DNA from: Lepidodermella squamata
Taxonomy: Eukaryota > Animalia > Gastrotricha
Reading direction: 5' to 3'
NCBI GenBank assembly: GCA_047495785.1
Contig: JBLDXI010000024.1
Coordinates: 5,208,001-5,272,000 of the forward strand
DNA: 64,000 nt
Shown here: positions 52,084 to 64,000 of the stretch, piece after piece
Layout: each line of letters begins with the position of its first letter
Position numbering within the stretch: the first letter of the stretch is position 1
The notes under the pieces: generated by a model
What the model saw: the letters and a program-made list of their open reading frames with translations, nothing else
Told to the model about the DNA's origin: nothing
The model's database searches: none
Program-made: the position numbers and the translations under genes

Positions 52084-53618
52084 ATGGATCTTCGATTCAC
52101 AACGCCAAGCTGCATTCAGCAACTGGCGATAATAATTCTCCTCACCTCACTTTTTCAATTTTCGAAAGGCAAGTTGAAAAGGTCGGAATCAATCAAAATC
52201 ACAGTTCCTTTTTCAAACAGCGATAAGATGTTATGATGGTTCGGCCTTTCACCTCGGCGACGCTTTCATCCTCGATCCGCAACTTCGGCCATCGAAAGGC
52301 CTTAGGTTTACCAATTGGAATTATATTCTCGTGAAGGAAAACTGCTCGGCTTGTTCTACGGTGCTTTTCACACAAGAGCCGAAGCCTGGCGACGGCACGC
52401 CAACTGTGTAAGTAGTATACAATAATAACAACGGGGCTCGGATTTGATATCAATGATCAATGATGAATCCAAAGAGTTGAACTTTACAAATTGGTGAAAC
52501 TTGCCTATACCTGCTTTTTCAACTATTTACTACATCGGTTCCGAGCTCCGACTCTCGCTTCTACTTTTTTAACTTGTCATTTTTGAACAAATTCAGTATA
52601 AAATTTGTCAGGTTTTCGGAAAAGTTTAGGAAGAAAATTTGAATGAGAAAAATTTGAAAATTACGGTGCTCATCAGTAATGTCATCAGTAATCATATGAA
52701 TCCTTCATATTGACGGGTATTTTCGGTTTCAGCAGTCAGCAGTGTTCAGTGTTTCTTAGTTTCAAGTTGCATTACATTCGACTGCTTAAACCTTGAATTT
52801 TTTCCAAAATGTAGATTGTTCCACTTGGTTTGCGAAAAACCTCGAACGGAAACTAGTGGACATCATAAAACATGCTCAGTAAGTTTACAATCGGATCTAT
52901 TGATAAAGCTTCAAGGTCTTCTCACATACAGCTCAATGAAGCCAAGTTTAGAGCTGATATCAAAGCTATGGATAGCGTAGATTTGTCAAACCTCGAACTA
53001 TCTGATAAGGCAAGCCTGATCTTCCCTCAATCGATAAATAGTTCATATATCAAACTTTTGTAGGTACCGGACTGGGAGGATAAAAATGAGTTGAAGCAAC
53101 GTGTTTCAAGCCGCTTGCTCGCTGATCTGAACGCAACGCCGATTAGGACGATTCACGGCGCGAGGCGGACGTGTAAAACCTGCCTAGCCGATCTGTGCAA
53201 TGTTTTCGACATGAACGCCAACGTATCGTGCTCGATGCGGTTCGGCATTCAAAGTCTGTACGCTAAAACAGGCATGTGCCCAGCTTCAGCCGGCTGCCTC
53301 GTCCAGACGAATGTCACATGGAAGGAGCAACGGACAGACCGGGCAGTCTGCTTACCTCGAGGATGCAGTCGACAGGCGTTAGCGTCATGCGAACGGCTTT
53401 GTGGCGACGGCCAAGTAAACAAAAAATGCTCTTGCTGGTGCAACGGCGACTACTCTGTAAAAAGCTACAACCCGCCTAGTGCGCCAACCGAAGCGACGCC
53501 CGTAACCCTGCCAATGGCTGAGCATTCGGCTATTTCTGGAGCTGGACGGTCGGTTTCGCTAAGGATATTGGCAATTTTAACGTTTTCTGTGTTTTCATGT
53601 TTGACGATTAGCAGCTAG
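52084..53618 (+). CDS. Predicted GPI-anchored protein with two Ly6/uPAR (three-finger)-like Cys modules; one probable 1-nt frameshift
   Basis: Exons 52084-52168 (signal peptide), 52221-52407 (AIRCYDG), 52815-52878, 52932-53009, 53064-53618 (CKTCLADLCN, second Cys module, S/T/P linker, hydrophobic tail). The phase-0 join at 53064 needs +1 nt, likely in the A5 run near 53082. Confidence 0.6.
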
Positions 53619-54056
53619 CAACGGTAAAGTGAAGGTCTTGCGAAGACGTGTTGCTCATGTGCTTTGCGTGAAATGTGTCATCGAATGCAAAAATACTACG
53701 CGGGATTTATTGTTGATATTTTTTACGATGATCAGCCTTGCATGGGACGCAACTCAGTGGCGTATTAACGGTCTGAATTTCGAAGGAGAGGAAATAAATA
53801 TTGATAAGTATCGATGAGAATCTATCAAAATGAGTTATGAAGAGATGACTTATAAGTAAGGAATGGTCCGCGGTCAGATAATCCGATCGTGCATCTGCTG
53901 TAACAGACGTAATGTATCCAGAGCTCGAAATTAGCCTAAATTGTATAACTAAAAACAAGGAGGCGGTAATCCTTTTAGGCTGGTCATAATAAACCAGCAT
54001 AGAAAATATCATTATTCCAGCTTGGTAACTTCGAGTTTCAATTGTCACAGCAAGTG

Positions 54057-54410
54057 TTAGAAAACACCGGCTGGTTCATTGCAATCGCGGCGAGGCGTAC
54101 CATCGGGGCAATCACACAGCATTGCAAAGCATCGCTTGGCATTCTTGCAATCGCAAAAGCCTATATAAAAACAAGAAAAATGGTAGCACTAAGACTATCG
54201 CTATTCGACGTACTATCAGAGCAGCTCGGCCCTGTCTTCCATTTGTCAAAGCACGAGCAGATTCCAGGTGCCGAACAGTAAGCCCGATTTGAACAGATGT
54301 TGGAACCACACAATTCTAACAAGGATGATAAAAGTTAAGCGTGTTGCTTACAGCGTCAGTTCAACGTACGCTGGTCGCAATTCGGGCCGACCCAACCTCG
54401 TTTGCACGCA
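54057..54410 (-). pseudogene. Detached 3' EGF exons of EGF/LamG-like paralog 2
   Basis: ACKRGWVGPNCDQ | LCGSNICSNRAYCSAPGICSCFDKWKTGPSC | FCDCKNAKRCFAMLCDCPDGTPRRDC...stop, colinear with the last three exons of paralogs 1 and 3; begins mid-exon. Confidence 0.85.
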
Positions 54411-57400
54411 TTTCTTTACTTATCTTTCTGTCTTTCGTCGCAATGAGCGGCGTTGCCGGGAAATCTCGCTTATTAGCATGAATTGACTAATAAAAATATT
54501 ACAGAAATTTTTATTATCAAAAAGTAATAATATTTGACAAGAAAAATTAGTCGACAACCTTCAAGCGATGCGATTCAAATGTTTCCGCGCGCGCGCCCTT
54601 ATACGCGGTATGCTGAGCATTGGGGTTCGATACAGCTTCTTGCTTCTTGCTGCTTGCTATTCCCATTTACCAGAAATAAAGCTCGCTACGCTCGCATCTC
54701 CATGGCTATTCAGTAGGGAGGCGCCGCCCCCCTCACGAGAGTTTTCTCACCTAGGTTTTTGTATAGGTTACTTTCCCAGAGATCATTCAACAGCCAGTAA
54801 GGTTTTAAATATTTAGTTTTAAGCGCTATAGCTAGGGCTAGAGAGACTTGGAAAGCTCAGCTGTAAAGAAAAACAATGATTAGTTCATGTTTGGTCAAAC
54901 TGTACACAGGATTGTTATAATTAGTTATTAAACGTTTATAAAGAGGCATGATTCAAAAGGTCGTAATAAACCAGTGGGGAGAAGCCAGGGTATTGACGGT
55001 TTACGACGCCCCATGCCCGTATGCGGAAGAATCCGCTGAGGTGGAGACTCCTGAAAACTTCAGATCAGGGAAAGTGGGTCGATATATTGAAGCATTTCTA
55101 AGTTAGTCCCGGAGTTATATTTGCGCGTTAGCTAAAGCTCGCTTCGCTCGCATGGATAGAGATTTGTGTGTCTTCATTGGTGGCTTTTCAAACTATTTCA
55201 TATTTCAAAATTCAGCTACAGTCTTTCGCACACATACACGTAAAATTACGACATTTTCGCTAGCTTAGTATCGTTAGTGATCGCCCCCAGCTCACCTCCC
55301 CCTGACCGCGCCGTCCCTGTGGCTATTCTTATAATTGGTCTTTGCCAGCTCTTTTCTTTTACTGCTCTTTACAAAACAATGCTACCGCTTCAACTAACAT
55401 GGTCAGTGGATGGGTGGTTGGTGGATGGAAGGATTTATAAGCCCACTCGCATGTCGCCCGACGACATGCTTGTGCATCAGTTTGGTAATTTAGAACCGAG
55501 TCACCGCTGTGGCAAATCAGTGGTCGCCTCCTTCTTCCTCCTTCATGTGCTATTGCTCCAACTCAACTTGAACTATATTGATAGCTTACAACTGCTGTTA
55601 CCTACTCCAGGCGAGAAACGCTTTGCATTTCCATCAGATTCAGCTCGCTTCGCTCGCGCAGAAAGACTCTACATAGTGATCCGAGACCTGTCTCTGCGGA
55701 TACACAGTGCATTCAAGTTTGCGACTATAGTACCTAAAACTCTTTTCCGCATGTTCGAATGTGCTCTATTATACACATTACTTGCAAGTATCTTCCATAT
55801 TGATGTTTAATTCAAGTGACCTCTGCCGCAGGGCACCGCAACAACAGGTTGATATATTACCGATAAAACTTATGGCCATGAGGCATAGCAGTATACTTAA
55901 TCCATTTGGTTAAAGAACTCTTCCCTGTATGTATGTATGTATGTTTGTATGTTGTTAAAAGCGCCGCCGAGTTGAATATTTTGGGATATGAGTTATGAAG
56001 CTTATTGAAAAAACCTAGATGATGCTTTCAGCTCCGCCTGGCTCTCATAAACTTCCAATCTATTCGCGTCTAATAATAAAAGATATGACCTTTACACTCA
56101 CAACAAGCAGTTCGGCAATAATGCCACAATGTCTAGGACAGCTATTGACGTCCTATTCTTTGCTCATTCTATAAGTAATAGCGTAACAGCAAAAAGCTAA
56201 TCAGGCTTAATTTTATGACCATGTACATGTGTATCAAGTTCAAGATGGACACTTTAATAATCAAGTTTTTGCTAGCTGAGATTTCCACCACACTGTTCGA
56301 GCATTTTTAATGACGACAACTAAATGTTTTTACCATACTTCATAATCATACTTCATACTTCTAGATAAATGTTAAAACTGAAAGATGCTGATTCTCAGAG
56401 CGCCTTGGAATATCGCTCATCAATGGTTACGTATCGCTTAAATTAAACTTCGCAACCCGCGTACCGGCAAGTCAATGCTACCATGGGCGTTTCCTGTTGA
56501 AGTTTAATGCCAATTTCTGACCAGGTACGCCCATAAAACTATTAGGGCTTTTAAGTATCGATAATCTCCCTTTAACCCTTTCACGGTGGGATTTTTTCCA
56601 GCCAAGCAAAAAAAATCGAATTTTTCTTGAACGGAATGTCTATTCGCGAACGAAACGAAAAGCTTTTTATTGTGTCCTTTTTTTCAGCAAATTAATCAGG
56701 CCACATTCGCACATAGTTGCTGAAATTTCTGAAATCAATAACTTTCTCAATTTGCATTCGATCAGTCTAATTTTTAGCGTGCGCATAACTGAGTATAAGG
56801 TGTATCAACCCCCAAAAAACAATCAATCATGCATAGACCCGCTATGGAAGAGTCCTAAAGCCGCACAATCTGATTTCAATTTCGGGAGGCTTACTTGCAC
56901 ACTTTGGGTGATGATCCAATGAAATTCGGCCACTAAATAGCTCTCACTTTGATGCTATTTAACCTGTAAAATTTCATGACGCTACTGTCAAATTTAGAAT
57001 TTCCACACCTTGCTGAAAAATCGGGAAAAACTATGTACGAATAGCAACGGAGCACGGAAAGCTTGACCCTTTTTTAAATTTCCAGCAAAATAAGGAAGGA
57101 ATCGGAAAATCGGCAACCGCATGCTATGCTAGGGCCTAATGCGCATATTTCCCATCAGTTTCTGATACAATTTCTCATCTCAACTCGCCTCCGGCTCGTT
57201 TCGATTCGTAAATCTCGGTCGGCTCCGTTCAGATATGAACTTTTTACTCATGTTATACCATACAAATATAGATTCATCCGGATGAATTCATAGAAATCGT
57301 CAGCCAGGTTATTGTGCTGTCAGTTTTTCACAGAATGGGTAGTCAATTGGACCCTGCAGGACACGCCTGTGAAGTCAAATAAAGCAGGAAATATACCCAA

Positions 57401-57893
57401 GGCATCGTTTTACTCGATTGAAAAAAATAAGAAATACGTGAATCGGTTTGAATTTTAAAATTGATCGTATTCCGAGAGGAGAAGAGATGAATAAATTTGA
57501 GTTTCGAATTCTTGTAGGCAACATCCGAAAGCAGTGTTTTGCCAAAGGGGATAGAAAAATTCGTTAAATTGATGGAACTGTGAATCACCTAAGTCGAAAT
57601 TCCGAAATCGTCCTTCCCGCCGTGAAAGCGTTAGCATTAACAATCGAGTAGCGGCAATGCTTTCGATAATCAAGCGAAACAGTGCTGGTTTGGAGTTAGG
57701 ATCCATTCAGCCATTTATGGTCAGTTGCTATAATTGACATGCCAATTAGGTCCAGGAATCTTGATTTGAGATCATCGTTAAACAATAGTTAAACAACCAA
57801 AACAACCAGCTGGTTACGCCCCTGACAATAGGCCAGGGCGAATGAAGGAGCCATGCTAATATCATGCTAATTAATAGCTGTCTTTCTTTTTAG

Positions 57894-58963
57894 ATGTGGC
57901 AAATGACAAGTTCCGCAATGGTACAGCGGCGACACTACGCAATAATAAGCACCAAACACCACTGGACCTCGCTATTGAGCTCGATTTACCAAATGCCATT
58001 GGTGCGCTGGTTAAATTGAACCCCGGTGTTCTTCTTGAGCGAGATTCGTCTGGAAATCTGATTCTTCATAAAGCAGCTCAATGTTTCGCTCCACATGGCC
58101 TGACAAATCTTGAAATTACGCTGTCAAAATTGGATGAGGGTTACCTTAGATCAGCTCTAGATGCGAAAAACTCAAATGGTAAGACCTTGTTGTGGACGGC
58201 TGTCGAACAAAACTGCGTTCCTATGGCTGACATTCTTCTGAGCAAGTTCAAGGCAACGTGTGAAGACAATGACGATGGAGATTCGCCGAAATTGTGGGCA
58301 ACGGCCGCGGGCTTCAAACAAATGGCTGAGCTGCTGGGAAGTTATAGCAATTGTGCTTTTTCACCGCAACTGATGGAGTCCTGCGCGGTTGATGTGGCAA
58401 GTATGTTTGACCATTTTTCACCTATTTAAATCCTGAAGTTAGATGCGTATTAAATTTTTTATATTTTTATTATTTCCTGTTGGTGTAGGGTCCCAACGGC
58501 CAAAACTGATCCTGAACGGTCGTATCAAATACAGAGGTTGCTACGGAGTCATAGAATGCGACGAAACCTCGAAGCTAGACGGCTCTGACTCTGTTCATTT
58601 CACAAACAATACCTGGATAATCGCCGGAAAATGCGCTAAGAGTAATTTACTGATTTTTATTATATCATTAATAGCCACCGGTATAATCCTCAAATATTAG
58701 GTTGCTCAGAAGAGATCCCACTTCCATCTAACGCTATTTTGGCGACAGATCTCTCGGACTACAACTCCGCAGGAACATTGCTGACCTTTGATTGCTGGCC
58801 TGACTACAATCTAGATGGCCCGAATACAATAATATGTCTGGAAGATGGCAAGTGGTTGCCAAATGACAAGTTGGGCAATGGTACAGCGGCGACACTACGC
58901 AATTACTTTTCTGATGCCATTGCTAAGAATTTCGTCTCCCAATCGTGGACTCCTGATAGATAA
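57894..58963 (+). CDS. Ankyrin-repeat plus two Sushi/CCP-like domain protein (5' end not found)
   Basis: Exons 57894-58400 (TPLDLA, LILHKAA, GKTLLWTAV), 58489-58641 and 58701-58963 join in frame via phase-1 introns. Sushi motifs: ILNG..IECDE..LDG..W..C and CSEEIPLPSNA..FDCWPDYNLDGPNTIICLEDGKW. Confidence 0.7.
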
Positions 58964-59674
58964 AATGGTTTAAAATTTAGATAATTGGTTTTCATTTCGG
59001 CAACCATTGATACTTGCAATAACATCTTCGCAACCTTCTTTTGTTTTTAATGATCGTTAGCCGCTCAATACGATCAATAAATAATAAATATCGCTGTATG
59101 TGTTTCATGTAAATTTTGACTTTTGAATAAAATAACGGTTAAAATAACGATACTTATCCAGATAAATGTGATGGTAATATGTAAGCCTTAAGCTGGATTC
59201 ACTAATGTGCGACAGCGGCGACAAAATCGCGCGACGTTTCATTTGTCGCGTGACAATTTCATAAATCCGCGGAGCGACAGTCCCGTGATAGTCACAGTCG
59301 CGCGCGCACACAACAATAGCAGTGCAAGACACGTTTTCAGCAGCGCGCCTCGAGTAATATAAAGAAGCATCGTCGGTAACTTAAGGTCTTCGGATAAACT
59401 TTTACGCATCGAATTCGTGAGTTCGCTACTAACGTTTTCAAAGCGCGCAGAATATTAATAAAATTGTAATAACATTTATTGAGGTCAATAAGTATTATAA
59501 TACATCATATCACCGCAATTCTGATGAATTTTAATCCAAGAAATGAGAAATTCTCATCAGTATTCGTGAGACTTTCAGGGTCATATTCATCCTGCCGAAT
59601 TATACATACGGCCAAAATTTTTCAGACGAAATTTTTCAATCAATTTATACTCGATTCCATTACGTCGCAGATTA

Positions 59675-60024
59675 GTCTAATATCTAGATTAGGAATGTGG
59701 TCCGTACTAAGCAGACCCATTATTGTTCTAAGCCAGCGCATTAAAATTACATTTAGCCTTTGCTCTTTGCTCTTGTTGGGTGGTTAGGTTCCAGGTTTCG
59801 CAGGCATAGGTGACAGTAGGAATAACAACGCATTTAAGAACTTTCAATTTCGTAGCTAAGCTGACGTGTTTTCTATTGCACATAAGTTTATTGAGGGCAC
59901 CAAAGCAGCCGCCAGCTTTCGCCATGCACGCCTTGATTTCCTCGTCCATTTTCCCATTGGAAGTAATGATGCTTCCTAAATATTTGAAAGACGTCACTTT
60001 TTCCAATGGTTTGCCGTCTAATTT
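59675..60024 (-). mobile_element. Non-LTR retrotransposon (LINE) reverse-transcriptase C-terminal fragment
   Basis: LDGKPLEKVTSFKYLGS...EEIKACMAKA..F..L...SLATKLKVLKCVVIPTVTYACETW then MRWLRTIMG...D.IPN.DIR, typical of RTE/L2/CR1-group ORF2; frameshifted. Confidence 0.85.
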
Positions 60025-60059
60025 CTAGGGACATGTCTCTGGAAATGCTTAAATAAATC

Positions 60060-62277
60060 ATTGCACGTAGGATTGACTGAAGGAGATCAAAGCGTTATAA
60101 ATTAAGATTTGAAATAGAATTAACGGGTCACATTTTATTCAACATCAAATTCACTTTTTTCAACATCAAATTACTTTTTCTATCATCAAACTCTTTTTTC
60201 AACAGCAAATTTCGATATGTTACATAATCTTTGCGATCCACACTCATTCAAGCTCTTGATGACGACCAGTCCGGGAAAATAGCAGAAAATTTGGTCGAAG
60301 AATCTAGTTTGTTGTTGTCGAACCCGTTCATGAAATTATGGAAAATTGAGTTAGCTGTAATTTTGCAAAGTTACGGACAAATATTTGATTTTTGGCCAAA
60401 AAAAAATTGAATTTTCAAATATTTGTCCGAATAATTTTGCTATTCTCATTTTTGCGAAGACAACGATTCAAATGAGTGAAATTAGTCAGGGCCCTTCAAG
60501 GTTAAGCCGTCGGAACGTTTCACGCCGTTGGGCTTCACTAAATAGCAGCATGCGCTCCCTGTCTTCCGGGCGGGAATTGCCAATCTCGATAGAGATTTTC
60601 AACTCGCACCCTGGGCATGTGTCATACCAACGAAGAGTACCGCATCGGTACCACTTGTTCGCCTAAATAGTTCAGGCATTTAAGGCGACTTTTCCCCGCA
60701 CGCAGCACGTGTCTTCTGCACGCGCCAAAAATCAATTGCTAATATGAACCTTTGTTCGCTGGTCTGGCACGAGTCTGGACCTCGCTATTATCACCCGAGG
60801 TCATACATAACACTTAAAATCCACAAATTCATCAGGAAAGTATATTTTTCCCTATCAAATAATAATTTCTGAAGTTTGCTGTCGAAAAAAGAGTTTGATG
60901 ATAGAAAAAGTAATTTGATGTTGAAAAAAGTAAATTTGATGTTAAAAAAAATATTTTCCGAATTACGCAAAGCAGTGGATAATTACCGAGCTTGTAAACT
61001 CTCAAGTCGAGAAGTCTGACAGGATCAGTTGTCCCACCATTGTTCGCGGACACGTAGAGAACGCCTTGTTCCATTTTAGGATCAGCGATGGGTAGCGGAG
61101 TAGGCAAATCCACCGCGCTGAAAATCGCCGTACAAGATGCGTTAGTGCACACATCCAGCCAAAATGTCCTTCCTAACAACAATGCCCAGGTGGTGCCTCC
61201 CCTTTATCGTGTTCTGGTCGAGCGGGACTCGTGGTGGCGATGTGATATCATTCAAATTGGCAGCGATGCTTGTTGGCGACGACACTATTTTGTAACCTCC
61301 GAAGTAACTCATCACCCGCACTAGCAAGCCGGCGAAATTGCTAGCGTTCATGTAAGGCGCACCCGTCGTTGGAGTTGTGAAAAGGAGAGATGAATTCGAT
61401 ATTATGCCAATTGCATAATGATCTGTGCCTCTGCCGACTGGTGCATCAATGCTCATCGTTACGTTGATGGAAAAATCGGTCAAAAGGAACAGCTTAATAA
61501 AAAATGCATGCATGCATTATATTAATTAATATTTATTTTGCGTAATCAGTGTGTGACCGTTTCCAATTTTGAAGAGGGCGAAGGCAATTATTATTATATA
61601 AGAATTATTATAACCCTTCCCAAAAGCTGAAGATTATGCTTCTTCCATGTTACGCTGTTCAAGCCTTTTTCGATTTTGTGACTATTGAAGTCTTGATGAT
61701 TCATGATTCATGTGCCTTCATTGTGCCTTAAATTTTATAATAGCCGTCGACTCACGTTTTTGTTGATAAATGTTGTGAAGTGAGATCCAGAGTTCGTTAG
61801 GATTACGTCATTACTCGATCCAACTATTGCGAAATTTTTGTTGCTTCGATGTACCCAGTTAGCCCCTTAGTTAGGCACACAATTAAGCCTATCTTAATAG
61901 AGAGAAACAGCTATCCTTACCGGGATTGCCATCGTTCGGGTATGAGTACTCTGGTACAAAATTTGCTGGATTCGTGAGTGGGCTATTAACTAGTACATAA
62001 TCTCAGTTTTACCCCGTGCCAATCGACAGGGTTGATATACCTTGGGAACAGTTAGTTCCCGTGAATCGGGCCAAGCATTGACAGGTGTTTGAAGCACTGC
62101 AACCACCGCCTCTCTCCTCGCAAACAGGGACGCATTCTGCCGAAGAATAGACGATGACAATGATGAGCATTCCTCGAAGTTATTACATAGCTTACGTTGC
62201 TGTGAAAATCCTGCCTTGAGCAGGAGGAAAGCAGCAAATAGAGGGATGAAAACCCTTATGGCATAGCTACGAGACAT
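60060..62277 (-). pseudogene. EGF/LamG-like paralog 2 (5' portion), disrupted
   Basis: Signal peptide (MSRSYAIRVFIPLFAAFLLL), EGF exon (CQCLARFTGTNC), core exon ending 60987 with a ~5-nt deletion near 61175. A MULE sits in the next intron, and the EGF exon starting 60076 breaks after VNPTCN. Confidence 0.8.
60126..60959. mobile_element. Mutator-like element with ~80-bp subrepeated TIRs and a possible transposase N-terminal remnant
   Basis: Arms ~60132-60213 and ~60871-60952 are inverted copies made of ttttttcaacatcaaa units; degenerate TSD GAATTAACG/GAATTACG. Minus-strand interior reads FWRVQKTR...KWYRC...GCELKISI (WRKY/FAR1-like). Confidence 0.7.
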
Positions 62278-63052
62278 GATGGGGCTATTCTAATGCGCTA
62301 ACGTTCCCTTGCAATTCAAGGCAAGATTCCAGGCGAAATTCAAGAATAGGCAACGCCAATAACATTCGAGTTTGACAAGTTGCTCTTAATTATTAACGTA
62401 TCACCTTCTTTCTTTGTGCGAACCGTCGCCTTTCTGTGACTAACCGGTGGCGGCAATGGAAAAGGAGGCAGATTTTAAACCTACATTATTGCCACTGAGC
62501 AAACACAACGCGCGATAGGCTATACAATAGCAGCTTTTTCACTTTTCAGCGCAACTTACCCATAGATTTTATGGATAAAACCATGTAACTAAGAGGGCTT
62601 CAAGCGTTGCTCCGGCTTGCCTGACTATGGGGCTGCATTATTATTTCATTAGTTTCTTCATTGTTTGACGTTAGACCAACCTACCCTCTGGCGTCTTTCT
62701 GGCGAGCGAACACAATAATGCAAGTAGTCATTAATTCCTCAAATTTCTGAATCATACCTATATTTATTTTTTCGATGGAGAGCTTCGTCTAGTCAATTTA
62801 ACTCGATTTAACGATTTCCTTTGTTCGCTTTCGTTATGAGTTTTTAAAAGAAAAGCTATTGGAAACCATCTTCCCGGAGTAATTATCTTTTTGTTGTATC
62901 GTTCCAGCTAAACATTTGCATAAGTTACGAATCTTATTCATTCAAAACTGGAAACTAAGCAAAATGTAGTTGAGATATTGAGATAGACTTATGTATCACA
63001 CGCGTTTCACGGGCGGGTAGTCAGTTATTCTAAAGATTGGTTCTGTTTTCTG

Positions 63053-64000
63053 TTAATAGGCAGAGTTAGGAACGCTACAATCGCGGCGTTGCGTACCATC
63101 GGGACAGTCGCACAGCATTGCAGAGCAACGTTTGGCATTCTTGCAATCGCAGAAATCTAAAAGACAGAAGAATATTTAACGCCGATTTCAACTCGGAACT
63201 CTTATACCTTGGGAACAGTCAGGCCCCGTCTTCCATTTGTTGAAGCACGTACATGTACCAGGAGCAGAGCAATAAGCTCGGTTTGAACAAATATTGGATC
63301 CGCACAATTCTAGTAGAAACATGGAAGAATAGCAATAATAAAAAGAAGCTTAAAAAGATAATCATACGCCGATCGCAATTCGGCCCGATCCAGCCCCGTT
63401 TACAGGCGCACGTGTTGGCTCCAACGCAAAAGCCTTTACCACAGCCGCCACTGCAGGTTGGAGTACCTGAAAGCATAAAAAGCGAATAAAAACCTACTGA
63501 TCACTTTTAGCTTTTCTAAATTTTTGCTTTTTCCAACGACTTATTGAATTTCTCAATGACTAAAATGCTGGCGTGTTACCTAGACGGTAGACCCTCAGGT
63601 CAATAAGCCTAACAGGAGCCGTTGCTCCGCCGTTGATAGCCGAAAAGTAGAGCACGCCTGGGTCCATTTTCGTGTCGACAATCGGCAACGGACCTGGCAA
63701 AGTCTGCGCGCTGAAAATCGCTGTGCAAGAAGCGTTATTGCACATGTCCATCCACAGCGTTCTGCCCTGTCGTACAACAATACCCAGGTGATGCCTACCC
63801 TTGATCGTGTTCTGGTCTAGCGGAACTTGCGGTTGCGATGCGATATCCGCCAAACTGGTGACGCCGGATTGCGATGAAATTATCTTGTAAGTGCCAAAGT
63901 AGCTCATCACGCGTATCAGCAAACCAGCGAAATTTGTCTCGTTGATGGAGAGAGTTGTCACGGATGGGTTTGTGTAGATGAGCGACGAGTTCGATAAGAT
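63053..64000 (-). CDS. EGF/LamG-like paralog 3 (3' part; 5' end beyond window)
   Basis: Core NFAGLLIRVMSY...KGRHHLGIVVR...RLIDLRVYRL, followed by three Cys-rich exons matching paralog 1; stop at 63053. Confidence 0.82.

Noticed and set aside
55277-55810. 177-aa ORF
   Set aside because: GTG start, no recognisable motif, and it overlaps GCTCGCTTCGCTCGC repeat DNA; likely spurious.
56572-56590. TTAACCCTTT piggyBac-like end
   Set aside because: No matching AGGGTTAA partner found nearby.
59186-59310. GCGAC-rich segment after TTAAGCTGGATTCAC as a Harbinger-like MITE
   Set aside because: Second terminus not found.

Overview
Compact invertebrate animal (metazoan) genomic DNA with spliceosomal introns. 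Most introns are 51-54 nt; the taxon cannot be fixed from sequence alone. I reconstructed spliced models by hand. Intact conserved genes: a RhoGAP, UCKL1, MMS19, an Egalitarian-related protein lacking the exonuclease domain, two tandem SLC37A3-like transporters, a CREC-family EF-hand protein and MRPS7. A small C2H2 gene starts only 83 nt downstream of MRPS7. There is a 1.3-kb cluster of eight tRNA genes, including a tRNA-Gly with its D-arm deleted. Interspersed is a set of apparently lineage-specific secreted/surface genes: three signal-peptide-bearing ankyrin-repeat genes nested antisense in a 7.6-kb UCKL1 intron, an ankyrin-Sushi fusion, three EGF/LamG-like paralogs, a GPI-anchored Ly6/uPAR-like gene and a knottin-like locus. 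One EGF/LamG-like copy is split by a 5.6-kb insertion that carries the ankyrin-Sushi gene. Several MITE/MULE-like elements and a LINE fragment are also present. The most notable candidate system is a family of extracellular (secreted, glycosylated) ankyrin-repeat proteins. All functional calls come from motif recognition, not database searches.
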